A stretch of DNA of 64,000 bases from Octopus sinensis. Taxonomy: Eukaryota. Numbering within the stretch: position 1 is the first letter of the stretch; each line of letters starts with the position of its first letter. This document shows, in pieces, positions 38,968 to 53,120 of the stretch. Both the position numbers and the translations under genes were made by a program. The DNA is taken from the NCBI RefSeq assembly GCF_006345805.1, contig NC_043011.1, positions 67,220,464-67,284,463 of the forward strand, in the 5' to 3' direction. The notes below the pieces were generated by a model that saw nothing but the letters and a program-made list of their open reading frames with translations, was not told the origin of the DNA and did not search any database.

Positions 38968-40130
38968 TATAGGGTCTTCCAGTTAAACTATGAGCAATTT
39001 TAAGCAGTTGACTTGGTGGGTTTAACATTTCATTTTTTAACAAAATCTTGATTGCTTGAAAATCTAATCCTCCTCTTTATTTTTCAGGTAAATAGCGAAC
39101 TGATTCGACAACAGAAAGTCATGGAAGAACAGAATCGTTCAGCTATTGGTATTCTGGCGTACGCAGGGGACACTGCCAAAAAAATTGTTAAAGCAACAGT
39201 TTATCGTGTATATAAACAATTCAAGGAAGAGGGAAAGATTGAAAGAAAGAACGCAAAACACGAAAAGATCCCAAGAGCAATCCAAAGTCCCTTCCTGGCT
39301 TCAAACGTTCGATTGAAGCCAACCCAACCACATCCATGACAACTCTTTCAAAGAAACGCAATATACCCCTTTCCACGGTGTCCAGAGCTGCGAACAAGAA
39401 CCTTCGCATGACAAGCTATGTTCGACGACGCCATCACCTCCCAAAAGTCGAGACCAAAGCAATTAGAGCCGAGAGAGGCCCAAAGCTTGTTATTCATCAA
39501 GCATCAAAGTGCCAGAAAAACTCTCACGTTTGTGAACGAAATGAAGTTCACTGCGGACGCTAAGGTGAATCGCAGAAATTCTAGAGTGATTGCATACAAG
39601 TCTTCTGACGTCCCCATGGTGTTTGCGATTAAGAATCCTGCTTTTGTGATGGTATTTGGAGCCGTGGCGAGTGATGGAGGCCAGCCAGGCAGTTTGGATT
39701 GTGCTTGCAATCACTTCGAGTCTTATGTTCTTTTTCTCAATCTTTCCCTGTTCTTTAAATTTTTTTATACACACGAAAAACTGTTGCTGTTAGAGGTTTC
39801 TTTGAGTATGGCTTGAAAATCGGCACAAATGCCAATCTGGACTTTCTGAAGAACTCTTTGTTACCTTGGATGGAGCAGAAGCTTGGATTTGACAATTTGG
39901 TGCTTATCCAGCATGCCACACCATACCAATGATCAAAAGCAACACAAGCCTTCCTTGGCGAGAAAGTTCCATTTTTGTGAGAGCCAACATCTAGCCCAGT
40001 AATAGGCCAGATCTCAACATTCACGATTACGTTTTGATGGGGCGTACGTCAAGCAGGGACCCATGCTTCACCACACTCGAGTGTCAGCAATTTAAAGAAC
40101 TGCATCTTGCCTGTGACACGCAAAATGAAA
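38968..40130 (+). mobile_element. Decayed Tc1/mariner-superfamily transposase (maT/DD37D-like)
   Basis: TVYRVYKQFKEEGKIERK; STVSRA..LRMTSYVRRRHHL; NEMKFTADAKVNRRNSR; VMVFGAVASDG; LPWME..QHATPY; PSNRPDLN..DYV. Many stops and frameshifts. Confidence 0.8.
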
Positions 40131-41014
40131 ATGGCAGAGTTTGTGGCTGTTGCAAAAATAATTCATTCTCGTGTGTGTGCGTATCTGTGTGCATGTGTGC
40201 ATGTTTGTGTGTGTGTGTATGTGTGTGTGTTAGAGAGAGGAAGAGACAGAGACAGGGAAAGATGGAGAGCGTGTGTATGCATTACAATCATTGCGGGAAC
40301 AGGAATTTCGGCTTGCTAGTCCGTATTAACTTCTTTTACGGGTGTGCCAGATACATCTTCGTTGAAGCTGCAGTCAGAAACGTCATCGACAGATTGACTA
40401 GAAACTTTTTTATAAAAAGGCAATTTGGAAATTACCCGCGAGAAATCCAGTACGATATTTGAATATTTAATCAGTTGCATCATGCCTTCGGCAGAACAAA
40501 GCAGATAACTTATTTCCTATTTGTATTTTCACGTTGGACACAGCTCTCTCCACTTCTGTACTGATTACTCCACCAAACAATATTACCACATTACAGTATT
40601 TTGATATATTCAATTATGCTATTTTAACCCCTTGAACATGCGCAAATATAATATAACGTCATTTGCAGCAAGGAAAGGACATATTATGCCGTAAGGGGCC
40701 TCGGCATACAGATTTAGGAATATGATTATTAAATAAACAGAATATTACATTTACTTATTTGTCCGTTATAATATGAAGACAAATATATTTTCATCCACGG
40801 CATCTTCTACATGGATCGAATGAGAAAACAAATATTTACTCGTGAACATGCATATGTAAATGTAGACAGATTGATCGCTAGATTACTAGATATACACGCC
40901 AAAACACATATATGTATATAGGATCCTTCATTCGCTCTAACATCGTCGTGCAATCTCTTTCTCGCTCTCTCACTATATATATATATATACAACTCTTCAC
41001 ATACATATACCTTA

Positions 41015-41071
<57 letters not shown>

Positions 41072-41233
41072 TGTGTGTGTGTGTATGTGTGTATGTAATC
41101 AAAATATCACCTTATTTTGATTTTAATCACCTTACTTTGAAGCTGTATGGATAATACCGTACCAAATTCTGGTGCCTCAACTTAAGTACCTAATACATCT
41201 GCATCTCTCTCCTTCCCTCCCTCTCTCTCTCTT

Positions 41234-41270
<37 letters not shown>

Positions 41271-41321
41271 ATATATAAATAGATATATTCATGTATACAT
41301 ATACACATATTTATACACACA

Positions 41322-41408
<87 letters not shown>

Positions 41409-42467
41409 CACTCATACGTGCGTGTTTGTTTGTGTATGCACGTATGTGTTTATATATATATATCTGTATACATGTATGTAAGGATGTATGCATTGCTCAA
41501 AATCCGGAGCTAATCTTCACATTTATATACAGAAGCTGTTGTGAACATCAAAATCTTCGTTCTCCTTGAGAGAAGGGTAAAGAAGGACTTCCAGGCGGAG
41601 GGCAGTCGCCAAATTGGCGTTGACTCCACTGGGATTATTCACGCTTTTAGTTAAATTCATATCTTATTCAGAAAGAGGGATTGGCTCTGTGCAAGGCGAT
41701 TCCACATTTCAAAACGTTTCACATGCAAGAATAGCTCAGTTCTTAATATATATTTTAACATCACTGTTCTGTTGTGCACTGAGACGACTGTATCCAAGAA
41801 GAACAACACAAAATGAAAACTTTGATGATGTAATAAATGCATATGACAGCCTAGGTGACAAGTTCTATGAATACCTGATAGAATAGGCGATCATCAATGC
41901 TACATCTGTGCAAAAGAGTGCAATTCCCTAATTTGAGTGAAAAGCCGCGTCTGTGTTGCCCGTTGCCAAGAAAACAACGTAGGCACATAGCCAAATGGAT
42001 ACAGGGATTTTTGGATTTGGTACTTCATCAAAAAAATATATATATATAAAGGGGTGTATTCGTATACTCTTAATTAAAAGCCAAAGAATGTCAGGTTCCT
42101 TTAAGAGCCGAAGGCAACGCACACATCGGAGTGATGTTTTCCTTTGCTTCAAGTTTTTCTTATATTTATTTCATGTTTGTTTCAGCGCGATACAGTTTAC
42201 AAATTAGTCAATCCTTCTAAATGCCATTTTTGCACATTTAATATAAGGAAATTGCGAGCAAGGTGCTACGGAACTAATCTAATATTTGCTACAAATATTT
42301 GTTTGACGCAACGTGTCGTTTCTTTCATTTTTCTAACATTCTTTTTAACTTAGACTCTTTGGCGTTCCTTTTCTTGGTTTTCACACTTTCTTGAGGCCCT
42401 GATGATATACTGTGAGAAAGAAAATCAAGCACACTGAAAACAAAATATACGTATATATATATATAGA

Positions 42468-42518
<51 letters not shown>

Positions 42519-42559
42519 TATATATATATCTATATATATATATATAATATATATATATA

Positions 42560-42602
<43 letters not shown>

Positions 42603-42824
42603 CATAACCACACTCACACACACACACATATATATATATATGTGTGTGTGTGCGTGTACAGATGCACACATACGTCCAGTATCTCAGCTGTTAAAGTAGT
42701 GTCTGTTGCGTTTCCAGATATAATTCCATAATCGCCTTTCTCTAATACCTTGTCAAATACTTCTACTTATTCATATCCACAAGAGAATATATACACAAGA
42801 AGACACACATATACACACATATAT

Positions 42825-42908
<84 letters not shown>

Positions 42909-43328
42909 CATACATATGTACGTACATATATATATATATATAAAATGTCCTTATATGTATTGTTTTTTTTACACAAGAACACAGAAAGATTATGGGAAGC
43001 CGATAGGCGACGGCAAAACAGTTACATTTCATATATTGATTTTCTTTCAATGACCAATGTTGTCGCACAGCTAGGAATTATTTATATGGTTTTATATATA
43101 TATATATATACATGTTATCAATATTATTGCTACTATTATAACTACTACTACTAGTATCATTATTTTTCATAGTTTCAATAGTATTATTTTTGATGAAAAC
43201 TCTCAGCTTATTTTGCAGGATGTGATGGAAATTGTCAGCTGCCTAGAGCCAGCAGACTATAGCGACACTCGATTATTAATCATGACTCAAGGAACGCTGA
43301 CATTTGTAGTTGATCTATATTTACCAAA

Positions 43329-43428
43329 TGCAAGGAGGCGCTGAAAAGTTCCTGTTTTATTTCATAATTAATTGATCCTCCAGTATTTTTTTCATGAATA
43401 GCCAGGAACTGTTCAGTATCACCTGGTG
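43329..43428. mobile_element. About 100-bp mariner-type MITE
   Basis: Degenerate TIRs ..GGAGGCGCTGAAAAGTTCCTG and CCAGGAACTGTTCAGTATCACC.., same family as 46731. Confidence 0.6.
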
Positions 43429-44390
43429 TGTGTGTATTCGTGTGTGTGTGTGTGTGGTGTGTGTGTGTGTGTGTCAGAGAGAGAGAGAGAGAGCTGCTTT
43501 CTAACAAAGGTACAAAGCTCCATTGTTGAAAAGTAGGTAAAGAAGAATTCACATTTTTCAACATGAGCAAAGTATTCCATCGTTTTTAGTGTTCTACGTA
43601 CAGAATAAATTTTTTATGATTTTTTTTAACGCTGGTTATCTCTAGTGTCACTTAAAACTTTACTCACATTTCCTCATAATGTGTAGGAATTATTATTGGC
43701 TCAACTGTAATTTTATAATCCGGACATGGAAGCTAAATGTTTCCAGCAGTTGTCTGTTAGTATCAAGTTTCTCTTTGACTTTCAAAAGATATCCATATCA
43801 GCAGGAATGATGACCTTTCAAACGGTACATACTTCTCGTCTCTCCAAATCAGTGATACCCGGCGTGTTATGTTTACACTTGAGAGAAGTTTTATTAGGAA
43901 TGTTCGAACAAGATTTCCTCATGTTAATGTTCATACATGTATTAAAGAGTCTTAGCTGAGGTCTCTGTAGAAGACATTTTGTTTTCAGATGGCGCTGTAG
44001 ATTGTTTTAACGACGACGTCGTATCACATTTGGAAAGTAGAACAGTGATAATATTTTTGAGTTATTACTGATCTTATGTGCAATATATTCCACGGGAATG
44101 TGACATAATCTACACTTCTGCTTCCATCTTGAAGCTACAAGGGCGTCAGTGTCTCTTTTCTTTCTTAGGTAACTTGTAGCAATTTCCTTTCCTTAGATTG
44201 TAAATGCAAAACCTTTAAGGGAGGCCTCATTTCATGTCGATATTACTGTCGTCTTCAACTCTACAGAACAAAATACCCGCGCAGTTTATGACGGTACGAT
44301 AGTTCTTTTATATGATGTGTGTTTCACAACCAAGTTCTCTTTAATGTATGTAGATATGTATGTATGTATGTTTATATATATGCAGAGATA

Positions 44391-44670
44391 TGTGGAGGTG
44401 CAATAGCCCAGTGGTTAGGGCAGCGGACTCGCGATTGCAGGATCGTGGTTTCGATCCTCAAACCGGGCGTGCGTTGTGAGTGTTTATGGAGCGAAAACAC
44501 CTAAAGCTCCACGAGGCTCAGACAGGGGGTGGTGGCGAACCCTGATATATTTTGAGGCTATACATGTCTGTGGCGTGCTCAGCCACTTGCACGTGAATTT
44601 CACGAACAGGCTGTTCCATTGAGCGAATCAACTGGAACCCTCGTCGTGGTAAACGACGGAGTGCCACGAA
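44391..44670 (+). mobile_element. SINE family D with an internal deletion
   Basis: Aligns with 31888..32275 but lacks the middle section. Confidence 0.88.
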
Positions 44671-44924
44671 TACAGGTATGCATTTATGTATAATGTGGTA
44701 TCAGTTCCTTGATTAATAACTGGTATTTAAAACGCCTTCTCTATCCTTACGTATTTAAGCAGAAAATTGCGAAGAAAAGGTTTGTAGTTATATAATTCAA
44801 ATTTTCTTCACCTCGCTTCCATAGTTTGGGAAACCACAGAGGACTGAGAGATAAAAGAAGAAAAGGAGCCAAAGTGGGGACATCGATCATTCACTTATGT
44901 TACTGAATAATCTATGCAGAAACA

Positions 44925-45132
44925 TACATACATACACACACACATACATACGCACACATACATACATACATACATGCATACATACATACATACATACATA
45001 CATACATACATACTCACATACATACTTATATACATACATACATACATACATACATACATACATACATACATACATACATACATACATACATACATACGCA
45101 CACATACATACATACATACATACATACATACA
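44925..45132. repeat. (TACA)n microsatellite
   Basis: Read directly from the sequence. Confidence 0.97.
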
Positions 45133-45463
45133 TCTGAGACTCCCTTCGGTCACGGCATAGACCATGGGATTGCACCTAGAAAGTTACACTCCCAGGCATG
45201 GTGGTTTATGGAAGACCAGCAGTCGCCCATGCATACTGGCCTCCCTTCTACACGCCACCGATGTTGTCCAAGTGAAAGGCAAAGGGGCCGATACAGCTTG
45301 ACACCAGTGATGTCGCAACTCATTTTTACAGCTGAGTTAACTGGAACAACGTGAAATAAAGTGTCTTGCTCAAGAACACAACACGCAGCCCGGTCCGGGA
45401 ATCGAACTCACAACCTCATGATCGTAAGTTGTACACTCTAATCACTGAAGCAGGCGCCTTCAC
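45133..45463 (-). mobile_element. tRNA-derived SINE family C
   Basis: Minus-strand head GTGAAGGCGC..GTGATTAGAGTG..GAGTTCGATTCCCGG, then GTGTTGTGTTCTTGAGCAAGACACTT. Confidence 0.88.
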
Positions 45464-45739
45464 TCATACATACATACATATATACTCATGCACATATATA
45501 CACAGACGTGCGTACACACATACATACAGAAATACTGAGAGGTAGTATCGCTGAGTGTCTTCATAAGTTAACACGAACACACAAACACAGTCGCTCACAC
45601 TTGCGCACGCTCGCTAAGAATCAAACCAGTGCAAACACATTAACATCTTCTGTGTTTGTATGTGGCTATATGTGAATTCCCAAACATACAAATACACACA
45701 CACACACGCATATAGACACATACACGCACACGCACACAT

Positions 45740-45770
<31 letters not shown>

Positions 45771-45870
45771 TATATATATATATATATACATGCACTATAT
45801 ACAGACACAAATACGGATCGCACATACACGTGTGCACATGCGCGTATCAAACGCATACACCAACATACAT

Positions 45871-45906
<36 letters not shown>

Positions 45907-46439
45907 ACAAACACACACAAACGCATGTATATATTAATATTTAAATACTGTATACTATATAGGAGAAGGTAACAGAAATAGCGATTATCATCTTATAAAC
46001 AAATACTTCATTCTTGTTTTGTTTTTAAAAATAACTGTTGACAGATTTCGATGTATATCGCAATCTTGTTTTATACTTCATTTCATTCAAATCTATTTCG
46101 GTGCTTTTTATAATGCCACATTGTATTTTGAAAACGACTTCCATAACCTTAGTATACACACAACCAGTTGTATACACTTGTGTATATATGTATATATGTA
46201 AATATGAATTTATGTATGTACGTATGTGTATGAGTATTATGTGCGTATTTACGTTATGTATGTATGTATGTATGTATGTATGTATGTATGTATGTATGTA
46301 TGTATGTATGTATGTATGTATGTATAAGTGGCTGATTTCTAGCAAAGATACAAAGCTTCATGATTATGTATGTACGTTTTATACGCAAGTATATGGTTGT
46401 GTATTGTGTTAAGTAAAACGTTTCGCGATATTTCGTCAA

Positions 46440-46720
46440 GTTACAACGAAACCGGGAAGGAACCGTGGAAGTTCTGATCCATGGGTCAATTCCTGCGCTC
46501 TCTGACGCTTTGTCAACCACGAGGAGGTTGAATCCTCAGTGAAGGACTTCTTCGCCTCGAAGCAGAAGGACTAGTGTCAGCATAGAATCAAAGAATTAGC
46601 AGCAAGGACTTCAGGCAGTGCAACACGATGGCCTAGAATTTGGATGCTAGACTGCTTTCGTTGTAACTTCACGCATAAAGAACATACGTACTAAAATGTT
46701 GCAAAACTTTTGAATCAACA
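46440..46720 (+). mobile_element. Mariner transposase C-terminal remnant
   Basis: NHEEVESSVKDFFASK..HRIKELA..VQHDGL resembles the mariner C-terminus. Confidence 0.65.
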
Positions 46721-46730
46721 AATGTGTATG

Positions 46731-46792
46731 TACGAGGGGGTGCTGAAAGTCCCTGGCTTTAAAGATGCCGTGAAAGCCCCCCCCCCCTCGTA
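46731..46792. mobile_element. 62-bp mariner-type mini-MITE
   Basis: TACGAGGGGG ... CCCCCTCGTA: a perfect 10-bp terminal inverted match including TA. Confidence 0.7.
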
Positions 46793-46841
46793 TATACATA
46801 ACTCTGCGGGTGTGTATATATGTTTGTATGCAGAGTGTGCG

Positions 46842-46873
<32 letters not shown>

Positions 46874-46978
46874 TGTATGTATGTATGTATGAAGTGGCTG
46901 TTCTCTAACAAATGATACAACGTTCTATCAGTATGCATGTATGGAAATATGCATCTGTTTATGTACATATTTACACAC

Positions 46979-47022
<44 letters not shown>

Positions 47023-47605
47023 GTATGTATATAGTTCCTTTTCCTCTGTTCTTTCAATATGTTATGTTTGATGTTATGTGCAGCCATGTTGTTCACAGGA
47101 ACTCTCTATATGGTAATTTCAAGCTAGAGACGAAAATCACTACGATCCTTCATAAATGGCTCCTTCAGCAAATTCCTCCAAATATTAACCGCTTATTTAA
47201 CGGGGTCAATGACAGTCGCTTCAAAGTCGGAGATAGTATTCATCGTATTTTATAGGAATAGTCGCCAACGTCAGTTCCCATTTACGAACTTAAAGTATGT
47301 ATATGTATAGGTGCGAGACCCTGTGTGTGAGTGCGTGTGAGTGTATATAAGTATGTATTATGTTAGTGTGGGTGTGCATGGATATATGAATGTTCGTATG
47401 TTTGTATTTTTTTAGTCTTGAGTATTACGCCACCCAAATTATAGGGAGCACGATAAGTAATTCTCTTTTATTGACATTAGGCAACATCAATTTAGCAGTT
47501 ATATAAGTTAAGGTAAAGGAATAGTAGATTCATGCGTGTATGCATGCCATTATTAGATGAGGTTTTGATGCCCATAAGTATACACACACAGGCACATACA
47601 TACAC

Positions 47606-47648
<43 letters not shown>

Positions 47649-47819
47649 CAAATTGAGATAGGGGTTGTGAGTGCAACCCACCATGGGATAACATATATCC
47701 AATATACTGCTAGCAAAGCACCCAACAAAGTTAATACATAAATGTTAAGAATTGCGATGCAGTTAATTCATTTACTGTATTATATGGGCAAAGGTAAAAT
47801 GTTTTACCACAAATTAATA

Positions 47820-50682
47820 ATACAAAATAAGAAAATGGAGAAATACATCTTAATCAATAATCAACTACAAGATAATACCCAATCACATAATTTATTAAAT
47901 CAATACTTATGAACATTAAGGTCAAACATAATAGTATAGAACAAAACAATGTACATCAATGATTAATATGATACACTAAGTACAGTATGTATAAGTGAAT
48001 ATAAATAAATACAAATATAAATATAAACTACATCTTACAGCTGTTTCAGCCATGCAGATATGGGTATCTCATTATGCTCATATTAGCAATGTGTGATAAG
48101 TTAATATGTGGTTATAAATGAGATACTTACAAAAATATCCCAAGACATCTTCAGAGATCATAAAGTACAAATTTAATATGAATATCAGAGGAGGTACACC
48201 CATACAAGAGTGGGTACATACCCATAATATATAATATACACATACATATGAGTACATATACCCATACTCCTATATATATATATACATATACATAATAATA
48301 TACAGCAATATACATACATATTTTCTATATTCAAGGTTACAGTTGGTCAAAACAATATATTAGAATATTACAATATACAAACATACACATATCTACATTC
48401 AAATGCAAATATACAAAGTCAAGAGTTCATTATATTAAGTTACAAAATGTCATTAATATTACCATCCTTACTATTACCATTGCCACTATTGCTACTAATA
48501 TCATTATTATTATTAATAATAACATTAATACCAGCAAAACAATATATGCATCACGCGTTTAGCAACATAATAGCAAAAGCAACAACAAAAATAATACAGT
48601 ACCATGCAAAGCATTATAGATCGGCAAATACATATAAAATGAAAAATGAAAAGCATTAATTTACATCATAGCATATTCCACAGGGGCACAAGCGTATACA
48701 CGGGTGCCAGCCATAATTTTGACTGTGATATGTGTAAAGTATTAAGTTCAGAGATAGTTAAAGATCGAACGCCCAATACGATTGGTCGGCACATTTGAAT
48801 TTCAGTTGTCTTCGTTACGGTTGGTTTGTTAAGAAATACTTACATACGTACACACGTATATGTGCGCTTACACATATATACATGGATAAATCACAATACA
48901 GGAAATACAAGCTTACATACATACATATATGTTTACGTACATAGCTACTCACATATATCCATAAATATATATACATGTATGCAAACAGACACCCATACCC
49001 AGTCGAAGTACGTTATTAGCATAAGATACATAATTAAGATTACACCGCATATTTCGTAAACAGTTATCGTGCTGTGAAACCTTCCAGATAACCACAATTT
49101 CGACTGTGTTCCCACTCAAACCTTCCCTAATAATCAAGCATAGGCATAGGAAAACTGCACAAACACACACACACACACACACCCGCACACAGCCATATAC
49201 ATATATACACTCGCATGCACTGTATCCGCAAACATTTGCATATACATGCATAAACACTCATATATGTATTCATATATATAAAAATACATATACACATATA
49301 TCCACCCATGAATATATATATACGTATAAATATATATATACATATATAAATATATATATACATATATACATATATATATACATATACACGTGAACATATG
49401 TAGAGATATCCACATATACGTACGAATTTACAGATATACATGTCTGCCCATAGCTTTGCATATATATACATTCATGCATAACCAAGCAACGGAAGGACAT
49501 ATAAGTACATATACAATATGTTAACAGAAATTATTATTAAATGTAAAATGTAAGATATAAAATAATTATAAATTAAATTCATTATAAATTAATAGGTGCC
49601 AGTAACTAAAAAAATAAATAAAAGATAAAAATAAAAAGATAATAAATAGTGAATAATGAATAAAAAATAAAATAAAATAAAATAGAATAATAACAATAGT
49701 AATAATAAAGAAGAAGAAGAAGAAGAAGAAGAAGAAATAAAAATAAAAATTAAAATTAAAAAATAATAAAAAATTTTAAAAATTAAAAAAAAAGTAAAAA
49801 TAAAAAAATAAACATAAGATAAAAAATATAATATTAAAAATAAAAATAAAATAAAAAACAAATTTAGATGTATACAAAGAGAACTTAATATATAAGACTG
49901 CCAAACAAATACATGAGAAAGCTTACAAGGAAGATATATATACTTATATAATCACATATATCCACATAAGTATACACATGTATGCGTAGACTAATACATA
50001 CACCTATACATAAACATATACATATATATGCATATACATACTGACATATACATACACATGCACACAAAGTATAAGTAAATATATATATACATACTTATCC
50101 AAAAATAAACACCGTATACTAAATATAGACCCATACTAGTTACGTATCAGTATAACAAAGTCCCAAACCAACAGCCTAAGATATGATACGTGAATATGCC
50201 CGACACCAATGGAAAACTCCATGAAGATCAAAATACCATGTATATATCAGAATGTACATATATATTTCAATATATTTTCAAGCCGAGACAAAAACAATCA
50301 ATACAGAACACATATACGGAGATATAAAATTATAAATTATAATGTGCAAGAGCGCAATCCTATATACAAAAATGTTTAAAAATTACTGGTAGAAAAACTA
50401 GGTGCTATTTAAATCTAGAGAAGGTATACGCTAGTCTGTGAAGGCAAAATGATTTCGCTCATTAATATTATTAATAATGGGTAGGCCATCTTTGATGATG
50501 AAAAAAATTCACTTATACATACTGCACTTATTGTATCATATTACTCATTGATGTACATTGTTTTGTTCTATATTATTATGTTTGACCTTAATGTTCACAT
50601 GTAGTTGTTTAATAAATTATTTGATTGGGTATTACCTGGTAGTTGATTATTGATTAAGAGGTATTTCTCGATTTTCTTATTT

Positions 50683-50685
<3 letters not shown>
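47820..50685. repeat. About 180-bp diverged inverted repeats (47820..48000 and 50505..50685), Penelope-like terminal repeat
   Basis: TTGATGTACATTGTTTTGTTCTATA..ATTATGTTTGACCTTAATGTTCA is present in opposite orientations. The left copy adjoins a hammerhead motif. Confidence 0.8.
48032..48158 (-). ncRNA. Minimal hammerhead motif (family b) with an extended stem II
   Basis: ATCT-CTGAAGA-[about 100 nt including GTATCTCATT/AATGAGATAC]-GAAA-C(AGCT)G-TA^-AGAT, with a palindromic loop III. Confidence 0.6.
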
Positions 50686-50722
<37 letters not shown>

Positions 50723-51368
50723 TATATATGTATGTATGTATGTACGCATCCATATATACACAATTGGTTTACATTCCTCTCTAACAAATTCTCTGAGAGG
50801 TCAGGACACTTACCCAAGTTGTTGCGCTGTAGGACTGAACCTCATACCCCATGGTAACAAATATACACACACACACGCATACATACATACATACATACAT
50901 ACATACATACATACATACATACATACATACATACTACATACATACATACATACATATATATATATATATAATATATAAATATATATATCAATATATGTAT
51001 ATATATACACACATATATGTATATACCTACATATATATGTATATATACATGCGTGTATGGGTACCGGACATCAAAAAACGTAAACACAAAGAGAAACGAA
51101 AACAAAAACAAAAGCATAGAAAATGAACATTTTTTCGACCAACCAACAAATACAGAGAAACGGGACAGGCAGCATAAAGGACATTCCACTTCATCAGTTG
51201 TCCCCTGTTTTATCTAATCGGCGCTCGAAGGCAAGGACAATACGCGACTTCGTTAAACTGTCTTTCCCACAAAGCAAATTTTTTTGCTGAGGGAAAGAAG
51301 TAACAAAAACAGGACAGTAAGAATAAGACAGTAAAAACAAACGGTCAGGGTTGTTAAGCCAAAAAGAT

Positions 51369-51403
<35 letters not shown>

Positions 51404-52769
51404 AATACATATACTCATATTATTATATATATATATATTATATATATATATATTATATATATATAATGTATAAATACATATACTCATATACATATATATA
51501 TGTATATATATGTATATATATATAATAATATATATATATAAATCTATATATAAATCTATACACATATACTTACATACAAGCATTTGAGTGTATGTGCATC
51601 TGTATGTATTTTTGACTGTATGTATGCATGCATATACTTAGAGTTACATATTTTCACTTTTCAGTTAATGACATGTAATTCTAATTTCCTAATCCGCTCT
51701 TTATTTCTATTCTGTCAATGTCAGTTCTTCAAAATTGGTGTTCAAGTTATTGGTTATCTAATAATTTCTCCAAGGAATCAGGAATATTATTCTAAATTTA
51801 CAGCTGACATTTAGTACGTCATTTCGGCAAAGCTATTTACTTTTTCTTTCTATTGTTACAGTCATATTAACGTTGGCTGGACAACTAATTTCTGCCACAA
51901 AGCAGGTTTTCTTTTATTCTCTAATACATCATTATATTTCAGCGTAACGTAGGATCTTTTGTCTCATTGCGACGGAAATAATTGCAAATTATTACCTGTT
52001 AATACCTTCCGTTGTCTACATAGAGTTTGTACAATCCATTATAATTTTCCTTCGACATTACTGCTAATGGTAGAATCATTTGGCAGATTATGAGAGACAG
52101 CATCGACATGTCGCTCTTCAGTAAACCTCTCTATAATCCACACACACTCAAGGAGCATTCATTAAGCAGATGATGTTTTCATGGGAATCCTGATCGCACG
52201 ACTAGATAATATGGATTATAGATGTGCAAGCATTCTAAGTGATGACGTATATCCTGGTTTCCATGTTGATTGCAGCAATATGATTTCGAATTCTGGAACG
52301 GGCGGTTAATTATGCTCTTGAGCAATACATATTGGTTCTTGTTGCTGCTGATCAATCAGTTACTAATGAGAATCACTCTGCAATGGCCAGGCGTCTCGTT
52401 CAGGCAAACCTTTGTAACTTCGGTGACTTATACGCCATGGAAACATGTCGCTTGCCCTGTGTATTCTATGTCAAAATACATTCTAGAACATTATATCTTT
52501 GCTTATTTAAATCATCGTGGTAATCGTTTCTTCGAATTGTACTGCTTCATGTTTTGAAATTTGCATCATATCTCATAACCAGATTGTACCACAATGATAT
52601 TTTCGCACAGCCTCTGGCCCGAGCATGTTCTGTATCTTTTATCTATTTTTTCTACGGCTACTATGATAAATTTTCTTCTTCCGTGCTGGCTGATCTCGTA
52701 CTTCTATCACACAGGCTATCGTATTCATTCGGCTTGAAATTTGTCATCATCATATTTGCCCCAACTTCG

Positions 52770-53120
52770 TGATGGAAACGTTTGCTTCCGTTCATTTTCC
52801 CACACGACATCAGAGTCAACACGGAAGTTTATATCGAGTGCGTGAAGGAGTTAGTGATGCCCTGAGTTAAGAGGGTGACTGCTGGAAGACCCTATCTGTG
52901 ACAACAGGACGCTGCATCATGCCACACAAGCAGGAGATCCCAGTTAGGGTTGTCAGACAATTTCTGCGACCATATCACCCATAACATCTGGCCACATAAC
53001 TCCCCAGACGGCAGCACTCTTGGTTATGTGTGGAGCGCAGTAGAGTGAGAGACCAACAAAACTACTTGTAACATCAAAGATGATCTGAAGGCAAATGTTA
53101 AGGCAGGGTTATTAACATCA
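52770..53120 (+). mobile_element. maT/DD37D-like transposase C-terminal remnant
   Basis: DGN..PFIFP..VNTEVY..QQDAASCHTS..IWPHNSPD..YVWSAVE. Confidence 0.78.
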
